Shown here: piece after piece, positions 53,701-64,000 of the stretch | Numbering within the stretch: the stretch's first letter is position 1 | Layout: each line of letters opens with the position of its first letter | Assembly (NCBI GenBank): GCA_043228905.1 | Contig: JBHGNT010000022.1 | Location: 6,138,001 to 6,202,000, forward strand | From: Azolla caroliniana | Lineage: Eukaryota > Plantae > Polypodiophyta | Direction: 5' to 3' | DNA length: 64,000 bases | Notes under the pieces: generated by a model | What the model saw: the letters and a program-made list of their open reading frames with translations, nothing else | Told to the model about the DNA's origin: nothing | Databases searched by the model: none | Position numbers and translations under genes: made by a program

Positions 53701-56135
53701 TAAGGAGTGATGGTAGATTCGATTTTGGATATAGCAAGCGGTCGCAATAGCTTCTTCCCAGAATTTCGATTCTAGTTTTGCGGCATGTAGCATGCTGCGA
53801 GCAGCATTTAACAAGCTTCTATTTTTTCTTTCTGCAGTGCCGTTTTGTTGTGGTGTGTGAGGAACAGACCTCCGATGGTGGATTCCTTGTGATTTGCAGA
53901 AGTTTATAAATTCCGTTGAGTGATATTCCCCTCCACCATCAGTTTGTAGGGATTTTAGTTTATGGTTAGTGAGATTTTCAGCGAGGTGAAGGTAATTTTT
54001 GAATGCAGATAGGGCTTGATTTTTTGTTTTTAAGAAAGTAATAACGGTGAATTTACTATAGTCATCGATAAAGCTTATGAAGTATACTGATCCACTAATT
54101 GATTTTGTAGGAAAAGGGCCGCAAAGATCACTGTGGACGAGTTGTAGGGGTTGACTACTTGTGGTTTGTCGGCGCGGAAGAGGATGTTGGGGCATTTTTC
54201 CAAGAATGCACCCTTCACAGATTTTCAAGTTTGTGAGGTGGGCTTTTGGAAGGCCTAGTGCCATATTATGAAATTGCATATTTTTTATGGCTTGTAGATG
54301 AGTGTGTGCGAGTCGATGGTGCCACAGATTCGTTAAAGTAGATTGTTCATTTGTTGATGTATAGTGTGCTTCTAAAGTGATGGTTGTGGGTGTGCATGGG
54401 TTGCGATAGAGTCCATCGTCTAGATGTTTACAGATGTATTTAGTTATCTGTCCATCCGGGTTTCTATGCTTAATTTGAGCATATGTTTCTTCGAACTTAA
54501 TGGAGGTGCCATTTTTTGTTGCTTGACAAACGGATAATAAATTTTTTGTGATTCCAGGGACAAAATAAACATTGTCTACTATGAGAACTTGATTGTTTCC
54601 CAGAAAGAGGTTTACGTCCCCTTTTCCTAAGGCATTTAGCCTACCATTATTACCAAACACGACGGGAATTGGTGATGGTAAGGGGTTATAGTTTGTTATG
54701 GATTGTTTGTTATTTGTCATGTGATGAGTGGCACCGGTATCAAAATACCAGGTGTTGTCAGATTTCTGTTTTGTGTTGATTCCTGCTGTTAAAGCTTCAG
54801 CAAGGAATGCTTGCATGAGGTCATCATAACCGTCGTCAATTTTTTCCTTATTTGTTTCAGTTTGGTATGATTCATCTTCTGAAATTTCTTCAGCTAAGTG
54901 GGCTTCTACTCGAGATCTAGATCTCTGATATGGTTGTTTAATTCTGGTTTGTCTAAACCGACATTGACTGTTTGTATGTCCAGATTTCTTGCAAATGGTG
55001 CAGAAAATTTGTGAGAACCGAAGGCCTCCGGTTTGTGATCTAAAATTTTCTGGGTAATATCTGGGCTTGTGTTCAATTCTTTGATTTTGAGAGGGTTGTT
55101 TGCTACGGTATGCTATCATTGCTAATGTGTGTTGTGTTTGTTCCGGTCGACGTGCCTTTTTCATTGCCTCTTCTTGTCTTATACAGTTTATGAGGTCAAT
55201 GAGGGTTGTGTTTGTGTTGAAATTTTGGGTGGTGACGAAAGTGCTCCATGATGGTGGCAGTGCACCTAATAGGAGAAGTCTTTGCAATTTGGACTCTATT
55301 TCAACTCCGGACGTAAGACAATCATCTAGTTTGCGTTTCCATGAATTTATGAATGCACACATATCCTCTTCCTCTTGCATCTTTAAAATTACTAACGAGT
55401 TTAGAGTCATGACCTGATTTCCGTCTGTGGTTGGTTCGAATTCGTTTTTCAGGTCGATCCACATGGCGTTTGCAGTGCAGCAATTTCTGATCGCGTCGGC
55501 TTGCTGGTCCTCCAGATTTGACATAATTTCTAGCTTTGCTGCTAGATCCTTTTCTTCCCATGCCGCGTAGTTCGGGTCTGACGTTGTGGGTTGTGTCTCT
55601 TTGCCTTCAACAACTGGCCATAATTTTAGTTGTTTGAATATGAGGGTCATTTTGCTGCTCCAGACTCTGTAGTTGGTGCTGTTCAATTTGCTTATTGTTG
55701 TTTTTCTATACAGGAGGTTTTGGGATGATGAAGGAATTGCTTGAGCCATGGTTGAACAGAAAAATCAGAACAACCAGGAATGTACAGATCTTTAAAAGAT
55801 AAGAATTCTGGCCTGCAGAATGATTTATTGATTCTGTTGGTTGTTTCTCTATGAAGTCTATGAGAAAAGATAGAATTCTTGAATAATTTGTTGATTCTGT
55901 TCTCTGTTTTTCTATAATTGTATATGGAACCTTGCTCTGATACCATGTGAAAAACAGAGACAGGGAGAAAGAAGAATGATTTCTGAGTTTTCTATATTCT
56001 GGTTGTTCTTCTCTCTTCATTAGAGAGAAGCGTGTGTTGTTTTAATACAAGATTTATGTGACTCTTCATATCAAGAGTCATAACTGTTTATTTTTGTTAT
56101 TTTTACAATTTTATTCTTTTCCTTATTTTCCAACA
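50731..56135 (-). mobile_element. Intact, very young Ty1/copia retrotransposon
   Basis: 190-bp LTRs 55946-56135 and 50731-50920, identical by eye. TSD TAATA. PBS TGGTATCAGAGC (55934-55945). PPT AGGGAGGAG. Single uninterrupted ORF. Confidence 0.97.
50941..55749 (-). CDS. Copia gag-pol polyprotein (gag-PR-INT-RT-RNase H), 1602 aa
   Basis: CTICKKSGHTNSQC, WYFDTGATHHM, LWHHRLAH..CEGC, HSDLCGP..QTDGGGEY..AERKNR, HLDVQTAFL, YVDD, TDADW, STEAEY, ADFLTK. Confidence 0.97.
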   Translation of the reverse strand: MAQAIPSSSQNLLYRKTTISKLNSTNYRVWSSKMTLIFKQLKLWPVVEGKETQPTTSDPNYAAWEEKDLAAKLEIMSNLEDQQADAIRNCCTANAMWIDLKNEFEPTTDGNQVMTLNSLVILKMQEEEDMCAFINSWKRKLDDCLTSGVEIESKLQRLLLLGALPPSWSTFVTTQNFNTNTTLIDLINCIRQEEAMKKARRPEQTQHTLAMIAYRSKQPSQNQRIEHKPRYYPENFRSQTGGLRFSQIFCTICKKSGHTNSQCRFRQTRIKQPYQRSRSRVEAHLAEEISEDESYQTETNKEKIDDGYDDLMQAFLAEALTAGINTKQKSDNTWYFDTGATHHMTNNKQSITNYNPLPSPIPVVFGNNGRLNALGKGDVNLFLGNNQVLIVDNVYFVPGITKNLLSVCQATKNGTSIKFEETYAQIKHRNPDGQITKYICKHLDDGLYRNPCTPTTITLEAHYTSTNEQSTLTNLWHHRLAHTHLQAIKNMQFHNMALGLPKAHLTNLKICEGCILGKMPQHPLPRRQTTSSQPLQLVHSDLCGPFPTKSISGSVYFISFIDDYSKFTVITFLKTKNQALSAFKNYLHLAENLTNHKLKSLQTDGGGEYHSTEFINFCKSQGIHHRRSVPHTPQQNGTAERKNRSLLNAARSMLHAAKLESKFWEEAIATACYIQNRIYHHSLGFLTPFELWYGYKPHLQNLKIFGCPAFAHIPDTKRKKLDTKAKKAIFVGYGDAHGYKAYRLYNPDTNTFFFSRSVLFDEDNILQQHKSPNNYLTNTETDKHHQGNVTSWPIQLDEHSLHDPHHGFSSIAATPSSISLSLTAPSHHHSSDDEYDSTFLDTQTNSSHDAQSSSFCEDNNNVNKNQKFTSAKRPVRNSPSQQAKKDDHIRLTPSSARLLNPRPQSPLPENDEASSSTTYRTRSSDEDGKDSHGLVRPTQIDHRDFSEQPIANLHSRNLKITSPIPHPSLSSHNRNDHSNIGHPPILSNPKIFNDFNSPHTPQTKHQPIPNTDTTPPRRLRKLSDIYQELDELECHFSDLDTGHTSNLDDIDSPHTDFEEPTNVEEALQSQNADHWITAMKDEMHSLTKNKTWDLVEKPTDRKIITCKWVLRIKYDPQGQPVRFKARLVARGFTQVPGIDFTDTFSPTLRITSFRLLVAIAAAKKLELHHLDVQTAFLHGDLEEEVYMAQPPYFQNTQFPTHVCKLRKSIYGLRQSPRAWYYRLHTFLIKCGYCRLKSEPNIYLRKSASNFIILGVYVDDFPLLSNSLSYLNLCKQELKSAFPITDLGPMTYFLGIEVKRNTSLGQISLSQSRYIDNILKRFNMEHCKPISTPLPTTLKLSIEDSPKSLIEETEMENIPYRQVIGSIRYLVSSTRPDLCFSTGLLSRFMTNPGPKHWQALKRILRYLKHTKHLCLTFQSMHSASIQSNLCGWMNPSTTLHGWTDADWGGDVDDRKSTSGYVYTFAGGAIAWRSKKQATVSLSSTEAEYVAATLAAKEGIWLKAILEEINFDEEKPIEIYCDNQSCLKLASNPRISDNIRHISFKHHFLRDMIEEKKINIKFMPSTLMWADFLTKPVASHKHLQCCKNIGLLNHTKAEDQSLEF

Positions 56136-56959
56136 TAATATGCACTTAAACATTTGTAAAAACAAGACTTAAAAACCTAGTAAAAACAAATTTGTATACA
56201 AAGGGGTGCAAGTAAGAATTTGAACCTTACACTTCCAAGTTGAAGTCAATAGGCTTACCACTAAGCCAAGTCATATCTTCAAAAGTTTTACTTTGATCAT
56301 TTTACATATAAATTCTCATACATGAGAGCTTAGATTATGACATGGAAAACATGCATTACGTGCATGTCTTGCACCCTCACATGCACCATATGCATGGGGG
56401 CATCTATAAAAGAGTGGAGGAATCAAGCAAGAAGAAACTAATGAAAAATTTGGGAAAAATAAGAAACTTGTTATCCTATTGTTGATGTATATTGCCTCTC
56501 AAATCTAAAGTTAAGTGTTTAATCTTTATCTCAATCTCTCTCTTTCTCCATATCAATCCCTCTCAATCTATCTTAAATACTTTCTCGCTAAAGCTAGTAC
56601 AAACTTCAAATCCTTCCAGTCTAGAACCCCAGCGGTTCCGCCTCACGATCCACACATTGTGACAGATTTTCACGACAACGTGAATCAGTACTACTTGTTG
56701 GGTTCAAAGTTTACATCTTAATATGGTACTCCCTATTGCGTTTGTACTAATTTTCTACACACTAACTGTTTTAGTATTCTCACAAGACAAGTGGGTATTC
56801 TCCTATCATGTCCCCTCCAACTTAGTTCTGTCCGCCCTTTTGCATCAATACTATTTTATGTTTTCAGCTACATAAAAAACTCTTGATAGACAACACAGGA
56901 CTATTCAAACAGATGCATGCATACTAATTATGTTTGTAACCATGTTAAGTGTTCTTGAT

Positions 56960-57560
56960 TGATCACATAGTACTATCCTTTCACGTGAATCTGTGTTTAT
57001 TATCTTTTAATCCATGTAGAGTGTTCTCCATAGACACATTGTATTGTGTTGTGTTTTGTATCTGTACTAAATCGGTATTTATTTAAGGATGTAAAGTACT
57101 CATCATTGACAACATAGTATTATCTGATCTTAAGAGTTTGTACGAATTATCTTTTAATCCATGTTGAGTGTTCTCCATAGACACATTGTATTGTATTGTG
57201 TGTTGTATATGTACTAAATCAGTGTTAATGGATGTAAAGTACTCGTTGTCAACAACATAGTATTGTCCAATATTGAAGAGTTTGTACTAATTATCTTTTA
57301 ATACATGTGGAGTGCTCTCCATGAACACATTGTACTATGCTTTGTGCCGTATCCGTACTAAATCAGTATTAATGGATGTTAAGTACTCTTGGTTGACAAC
57401 ATAGTACTATTTATCTTTTAATCGGTGTAGAGTGTTCTCCATGGATACATTGTATTGTGCTTTGTTTTGTATTTGTACTAAATCAGTATTAATGGATGTA
57501 TAGTACTCTCGATTGACAACATAGTATTGTCCATTCACGTGAGTCTATACTAATCATCTT
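56960..57560. repeat. Tandem repeat, about 4 copies of ~120-150 bp
   Basis: Recurrent ATCTTTTAATCCATGT.GAGTGTTCTCCATAGACACATTGTATTGTG...GTACTAAATCAGTATTAATGGATGT...GACAACATAGTA. Confidence 0.85.
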
Positions 57561-57679
57561 TTACTTGTTAGTATTCTTGTTCTTCAACATAGTATTGTGC
57601 TTCAACATAATTTTGTACAAATCCATCAATACTAGTTATGTTTCTGTCGGAATATTGTTACTAATGTTTGTTGGAAACC

Positions 57680-58450
57680 TGGGATACAAAAGCAGGTACT
57701 TCTCCCTATTCAACATTCGTATGCAACAGAACTACTTTGGGACTGGACATGGAAAAGGAGAGCACGACGGCACAGGGTTTGTGATCAAACGTCATTCAAC
57801 ATTCGTATGCAATGGAACTGCTTCGGGACTGGACATGGAAAAGGAGAGCATGATGGCGCAGGGGTTGTGATCAAACATGCTCTTACAAGTGAGCAGTTGG
57901 ATAGTAATGGTGCAAAGTTACAAAATGCACATGATTTTGTGGAGTGGTTTGCGCTGATGAGGTCGATAGAACTAAATCATATGGTTGTAAAACCGTGAAA
58001 GTCACGTGCAACACCCATTGTGTATTAGGGTTTAGCCGCAAGGACACAACACAATTGTTACTCCGTACTTTATCATGCTTTTGTTCCATGTGTATAGATG
58101 AAGCTTGGGATGAATGCATCAACCTATCAATCGTGGAGCCCTAGAAGTTGCAGAAGCTTGAGCCTGAACGACAAGATGATATTGAAGATGATGCACATTC
58201 AAACAATATTGTATACTACAATCAACGTGAAGACTTGGCAATTTTATTGGAAGTTGGAGATCATTTGGCAGTGCTCAAATCTCCTCAGAATGAAGATTTA
58301 GAAGACTACTACATTGTGGTGCGCAAGCAAGGGAAGGCATTATTGAAAGAAGTGGTGAGGGAAAGCACAAGGTTAAGGGATACAACATTGTCTACAAGGT
58401 CCCCCAAGAGGTTCATGAGCACATATTGGGGAAGGTCTCTCTATTAAATG
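57680..58450 (+). pseudogene. Degenerate DNA transposase fragment, Sola-like
   Basis: MQWN.FGTGHGKGEHDGAG.VIK motif, duplicated in tandem at 57709-57880, followed by R.LSCFCSMC..C.N. The superfamily call is from motif recall. Confidence 0.5.
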
Positions 58451-58919
58451 CTTGAAAGTTGTCCTATTAACATTGTAGTTGGAAACTGAAAAACATCCTC
58501 TTCTTGTACATTGTATCTAGATCGGTTATTAATTTTGATGATTGACAAGTGAATCGATATATTTCTTCTTTCTTCTAAAGTGTTTCTAGTAATTATTGAG
58601 CTTGTTTTGTAAGTGTTCATGGTAATTATAGAGTTTCTAATCCTTATTGCGTGAAGTCTTCATTCAAGTATCAATACTTAGTAGCATCAACATGGCCCAA
58701 ACTTATTCAAGTATCAATACCAGTAGTATAAAACAAGTATCAATCTAAATAGTAAGTATTTCTTGTAATTATAGTAGTCAATTTTTTTAGTAATTATAGA
58801 GTTTTTTATTTCTAATCCCTATTGTGTTAAGTCTCTATTCAACTCTGCCAATGTGCACTCAAGGAGACCATACATCGCAAGTATCAATACAACCCAAACT
58901 TATTACAATATACATATTA

Positions 58920-59180
58920 GTTTAGTCTCCCAACGTATCTCAGTTAGATGGATACATATATCTTAGTTTAGTACTAATATGAATGTCAAATGTTCACTAG
59001 TACATAGTAGTCTCCCAACCTTTCTCACTTAGATGGATATAACATATGTCGATTTAGTACTAATATGAATGTCAAATGTTCACTAATACATAGTAGTCTC
59101 CCAAAGTATCTCAAATAGATGGATACATACATCTTAGTTTAGTACTAATATGAATGTCAAATGTTCCTTAATACACAGAT
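58920..59180. repeat. Tandem repeat, about 3 copies of ~85 bp
   Basis: TAGTCTCCCAA..ATCTCA..TAGATGGATA...TTTAGTACTAATATGAATGTCAAATGTTC repeated. Confidence 0.85.
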
Positions 59181-59433
59181 GGAGATAGTATCTTATTTGA
59201 AATCAACACAATCATGGCTGCATGACAATTGACAATTGTCAACATTGTCATTCTCTACAATTAGCAATATAGCATTTCACATGATGCTAACAACACTAGA
59301 TGAGTGAATTGAATTCAATACAACATTCACATTAGCAATTTAGATAGTATTTTGGTATTACCAATAGTTCAAGTACAGACATCACTAATAGTTCGGATGT
59401 AGTTCAAGTACAAACTTCTCAATAGAAAGACAA

Positions 59434-60055
59434 TCAAGCACCATTCCACAATTTCGCCAATCTTGTAATGCGCTTGTTATTGGTGCCAACCTTCTGTGAT
59501 TTTACATTCTTCTTCATCTTAAAACCTTTAGGTATCAACTTACTAAGTGTCACTTCATCATCAAAGGCATCAGAGACAGGGGTGGATATATGGGCATCTT
59601 GGTCTAGTGGCCAGCTTGAGAGAGCAACTGTGTTTTCTGCAACTTTAATGCTTGTACACACATCCATAAAGGGGTACCGTTGATAGTCAAATTATCACTC
59701 ATATTGTTCTCCAGATGTTGTTGCTCCTGTATGTGGGTTGTAGTAGTACTCATGGTCAACTCTTGGCTGGTGATAGTCATCTCATTCTCTAGACCACCGT
59801 GCTCCCCTTCCAGGGTGGTATTTATTGCCCTATCCTCATGGGTGATGCTAATATGCTCGTTCTTAGTACAATTAGGCTCTTGTTTGTGGGTTGTAGCAAT
59901 ACTCATGGTGAACTCCTCCTGGCTGGTTATAGTCACCTCATTCTTAAGACCACCGTGCTCCCCTTCCTGGGTGGTCTTTATGGCCCTATCCTCATGGGTG
60001 ATGCTAGTATGCTCGTTCTTAGTACAATCAGGCTCCTTATGTGGGTTGTACAACG
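59434..60055 (-). pseudogene. Unidentified coding-like fragment with an internal ~40-aa duplication
   Basis: ORF 59604-60095 repeats HK.EP.CTKNEH.SITHEDRAI.TT.EGEHGGL.NE.TITSQE twice. Possibly a second ORF of the DNA transposon. Confidence 0.3.
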
Positions 60056-60059
60056 ACTT

Positions 60060-60391
60060 AAGTAACAAGGGCACTAAAAAATGGAGTTGAACCAATTTGG
60101 TTTATCCCTGATTATTAGATACATATTTATAAGTCCTAATAGGGTATTCTAGAAAGTCCTAGAATAAAGAGTACGCTAGAATATTCTAGAACTTTCTAGA
60201 CCATAGAGCACTCTAGAATATTGTAGAACATTCTAGAACTTAGAGTACTCTAGAATACTTTAGAATGTTTTATAATATTCTTTATACATATAAATATATC
60301 ATTAGAGTGGCTAAGAATTTGACACATATATAACAAGGTTGTGGGGTTGAATCCTTGTAAACCCAAATCGTATGTGAGTGGCATCATGACA
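60060..60391 (-). mobile_element. 3'-truncated LTR of the Tcn1-like family
   Basis: Starts TGTCATGATG on the minus strand. Has the tRNA-like module, TTCTAGAA arrays, TATAAAT and GGTTCAAC. Confidence 0.75.
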
Positions 60392-61565
60392 ATGTGGTCC
60401 ACTTTGCTCAATAGAGCTTGGATGGTCCTTTGGTGAAGGGCTTGGTCGAATATCGTCCTCCGAATTGACGTTCAACTCTTCCTCGATCAAGTCGGGTGGA
60501 GCCGAATCGGGCTCATACCATGATGTTGATTCGTCAAAGACTACATCTCGATTCACCCAAACCACTCAGGGTCCTCCCAGTTGATGTTCAACTCTTCCTT
60601 GGTTGAATCGAGCTCATAACATGATGCTAGTTCGTCAAAGACTACGTCTCGACTCACCCGAACCACTCAGGTCGAAGGGTTATAGCACTTGTATGCCTTC
60701 TTCTCATACGAGTATCCTACGAGGATACATTTCTCTGACTTCACGTCAGGATTCTGTCAGTTTTTGTTCAGGATGCGTACATTTTCAATGCTTCCGAACA
60801 CCTTAACATGCAATAGGATCGGCTTCCTTCCGACAAGGAGCTCATAGGGAGTTAGCTCATGTACTCCATTTGTGGTGCATCGATTCATGAGATAGACAGC
60901 CGTGGATGCCGCTTCGGCCCAATAAATGTTCGGCATGTGCTTCTCATGCATCATGGCGTGTGCAACCTCGAGTATATGCTGATTCTTCCTTTCGGCTACT
61001 CCATTTTGTTGGGGTGTGTGTCAGCACGAGAATTCTCTCCGAATGCCTTCACCTTGGAGGTAGGAGATGAATTCGTCGGAGAAGTACTCCTTTCTTCCTT
61101 TCGATCGTAGGCATCGAATGTGCCGACCGGTTTCTTTTTCGACTTGTCCCTTGAGCTTTTCGAAGTGGGAGAGAACTTTGCTCTTCTTCTTCATCGGAAA
61201 GATCCACGTGTAGCGGGAATAGTCGTCGATGAAGGTGACGTAGTATCGGCATCCGCCGATCGTCGACGTTTGAGCCAGTCCCCATACATCTGAACGTATG
61301 ACGTCGAGGAGGCCTTTGCTTATGTAGCTCTCCTTCGGAAATGGGAGTCGATGTTTGCCGAGCTGACTCGACTCTGCACTTCGCACACTCGGTCAACTCG
61401 TTTCGACTCGAAGGCTGGGAGTCTGATGAGGACTCCCTTTGATTGCATCGCTCAAAACCATTGAAGGTTTATGTTACCGATTCTCTTGTGCCACAACTCT
61501 ATGCTTGTCTGGGTTTTGAGACCTTTGGCAAACATGGCTGATTTCACCTTGTTCGAATCGAGAAT
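60392..61565 (-). mobile_element. Ty1/copia integrase fragment
   Basis: QLGKHRLPF, SDVWG, YYVTFIDDYSR, YWAEAASTAVYLMNR, RDVVFDES. Confidence 0.88.
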
Positions 61566-64000
61566 TGTTGAGCAGCAAGCTCAACTGGATCCGGATAGGC
61601 TAAATAAGCCTGAACCGGATCGGCATCCGGAAGGATGAGCCGGATTGGTGAACTGGTGAGCAAATGAGCCGGTGAGCTAGGGAGCCGGTTAGCCGGATCA
61701 AGCAGTAACCGGAAGCCTAGTAGCAGCCTAGACTACTAGGTAGTTAATGTCTCGTAGTCAGTGTCAGACGCTCGTGTGAGCATTGAAGTACATTGTACTT
61801 CTATCCGTCCTCTTAGGCCTTGTATAAAGTGTTGTTGAGCACGTTCTATGTACAGAGTTGTTGATAATAGATTTAAGTTGTTCAGCTCTTTCTCTTTCTC
61901 TCCCGCATACCTTCTGTGTGTAAATCTCTCGCTCTCTCTCTCTGTTCCTATCCGGACAAGCCAGTTGTCTAATGCTTTCCCCCGCGCAAGGAACTGAGGA
62001 GACTGTTCACGCGCAAGGAAAAGGGGAAGAGGAAGATGTCGGAGCACAAGACCGGCAATGGTGAGTCGGAGAGGAGCGGATCCGACTCCGAAAAAGAAGA
62101 AGGCGGATCTTCGGCAACAAAGACCGAACCGGCCAAGAATGGCGTCAAACCGGGTAACGAGAAGTTACTCTGGTCTTCCCGCCAGAAGAACCCTGTGAAG
62201 CGGTACGCGTACAATGAGTACATGGCGCATCACTACGCGTATATGACCAAGGTGGCAGAAGTGCATGAGCCGGAGAGCTACACAAAAGCGGCAAAGGACG
62301 CAATTTGGCGTGCCGCTATGGAGGAAGAAATGTGGGCACTTGATGCCAACGACACATGAGACCTAGTTGACCCTCCCCGACACTATAAACCAATCAGATG
62401 TCAGTGGGTGTACAAGGTAAAGTACAATGCCGATGGTTCGGTTAACCGGTACAAGGCCCGGTTAGTGGCGAAGGGATACGCGCAGACCTACGGAATCGAC
62501 TACGATGAGACCTTCGCTTCGGTAGTGAAGATGACGACGATTGGTGTGGTGCCGGCAGTTGCTGCGGCAAGGGGGTGGCATCTTCACTAGATGGACGTGA
62601 AGAATGCATTTCTTCAAGGAGATCTTGAAGAAGAGGTCTTTATGACCCAACCCCCCGGTTTCCAATCGGAGATGAACAAGTCGGCGGTATGCCGGCTGAA
62701 GAAGTCACTTTATGGCCTGAAGCAAGCCCCCCGAGCTTGGACTGCAAAGATCACGCACCGGTTGCATAAGATGGGCTTTGCGGCCTCCAAGTCCGACTCT
62801 TTGTTGTTCATCCGGCAAGGTCCGGACGGTCCGGTTTGCATCTTGCTGTATGTTGATGATCTAGTCATCACTGGACCCGGACTCGATGAAATCAGTCAAG
62901 TCAAGTCCCAGTTGTCGGATGTATTTGAGATGAAGGACCTGGGGGACCTTCACTATTTCCTTGGGATCGAGGTGATCCGCACCCCCAATGGCATATTGCT
63001 CTCACAAAGACACTATGTGTTGAATATGTTGTACAAGTTCGGCATGACAGAATGCCGACCAATCTGCACACCCCTTGACCGGAACCAGAAGCTCTGTCCT
63101 GACTCCGAACCAGCCTGCGATGAGAAGCGGTTCCGACAAATCGTCGGAAGCCTTATATATTTGACAATCATCCGACCCGACATCAGTTATCTGGTAGCCA
63201 TGATCAACCAATATATGTAGAAGTCGACCGTGGAGCACCTCCTTTACGCGCATCAAATTTTGCAATATGTGAGCGGCACGAAGGACAGGGGCCTGTTATA
63301 CTAGCATGGTATAATCGAAGAGCTAGTCGGCTACACCGATGCCGACTGGGCCGGCGATGCATCAGATCGCTAATCCACCTCCGGCTATATGTTTTCCCTT
63401 GGTAGCGTGGCTGTTACGTGGAGTAGCAAAAGGCAACCAACAGTGGCCCTTTCGAGCACTGAGGCTGAATACCGCGGCACTACCGTTGCCACCTGTGAAG
63501 CCATTTGGCTTCAGCGACTGTTGCAAGACCTACGGATCGAGGTGTTGACCCCGATCCTGATCTACTGAGACAACATAAGCAGCATGCAGCTCGCCAAGAA
63601 CCCCGTATTCCATGCTCGCACAAAGCACATAGAAGTGCATTACCACTTCGTGCATGAGCGTGGCTTGAGCGGTGAAGTCGAACTTCGGTATGTTCATACG
63701 AATCGGCCAGTTGCCGACATCTTCACCAAACCGCTCGGATCGGACAAGTTGCAGCACTTCACCGAAATGCTTGGTGTTCAGCATCTCAACGTGCCACACT
63801 CGAGGGGGAGAACGGGCAAAGACATTGGAACGGGCAAAGGCAAAGAAACTGCCGATTGCACCGGTGAGGGAAGAATTGACAAAGGGAGAGACAGGAAGAA
63901 GAAGGCCAAGACCCGGATATGGTCCGATGTGGGGAAGGGCCTGGAACCGGAAGATAAATCGGGAGCGACCGATTCAGACAAGAGCTGGAATGAATTGGAG
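61566..64000 (+). mobile_element. Internally deleted Ty1/copia element (same family as 17519-23138): LTR, RT-RH, 3' UTR, running off the window
   Basis: LTR TGTTGAGC.. at 61566 is fused near 61980 to sequence equivalent to about 20060. RT ([23 protein letters not shown]). RH (TDADWAG, STEAEY). Confidence 0.9.

Larger units (their letters stand above)
26362..56677 (+). mobile_element. Non-chromovirus Ty3/gypsy element, internally deleted, hosting four nested insertions
   Basis: 5' LTR (5'-truncated) ends CACGACA at 27174. 3' LTR 50133-56677 is split by a copia. PPT GGTGGGGG at about 50121. Gag 27241-27990. RT/RH 28020-28730. Integrase 39016-39698 and 49689-50024. Confidence 0.85.

Overview
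This window is eukaryotic, almost certainly plant heterochromatin; the retroelement lineages suggest a bryophyte, which is an inference. It contains no intact host gene and is a pile of nested transposons. From left to right: head-to-tail RTE/RTEX-like LINE fragments carrying a solo LTR; several copies of one Ty1/copia family; Tcn1/Tf1-like self-priming chromoviruses with a non-autonomous partner; and a tRNA-Trp-primed Gypsy (26362-56677) that hosts four other elements. Those four are an Athila/Tat-like Gypsy with an extra ORF, a non-autonomous LTR element, a chromovirus inside that element, and a fully intact copia with identical LTRs. A Sola-like DNA transposon relic and more copia pieces follow. 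Main finding 1: one Gypsy family and its non-autonomous relatives have no polypurine tract. In its place, three diverged copies carry a conserved, co-varying mimic of a tRNA-Arg 3' end that ends in CCA just before the 3' LTR, which suggests tRNA-like priming of plus-strand DNA. Main finding 2: LTRs of two unrelated Gypsy lineages carry an antisense tRNA-like A-box/B-box module. Main finding 3: the PPT-less non-autonomous family carries variable cargo, including an intronless MSI1/RBBP4-like fragment. All boundaries and tRNA assignments were read by eye; reference tRNA ends are recalled from angiosperm tRNAs and need verification.
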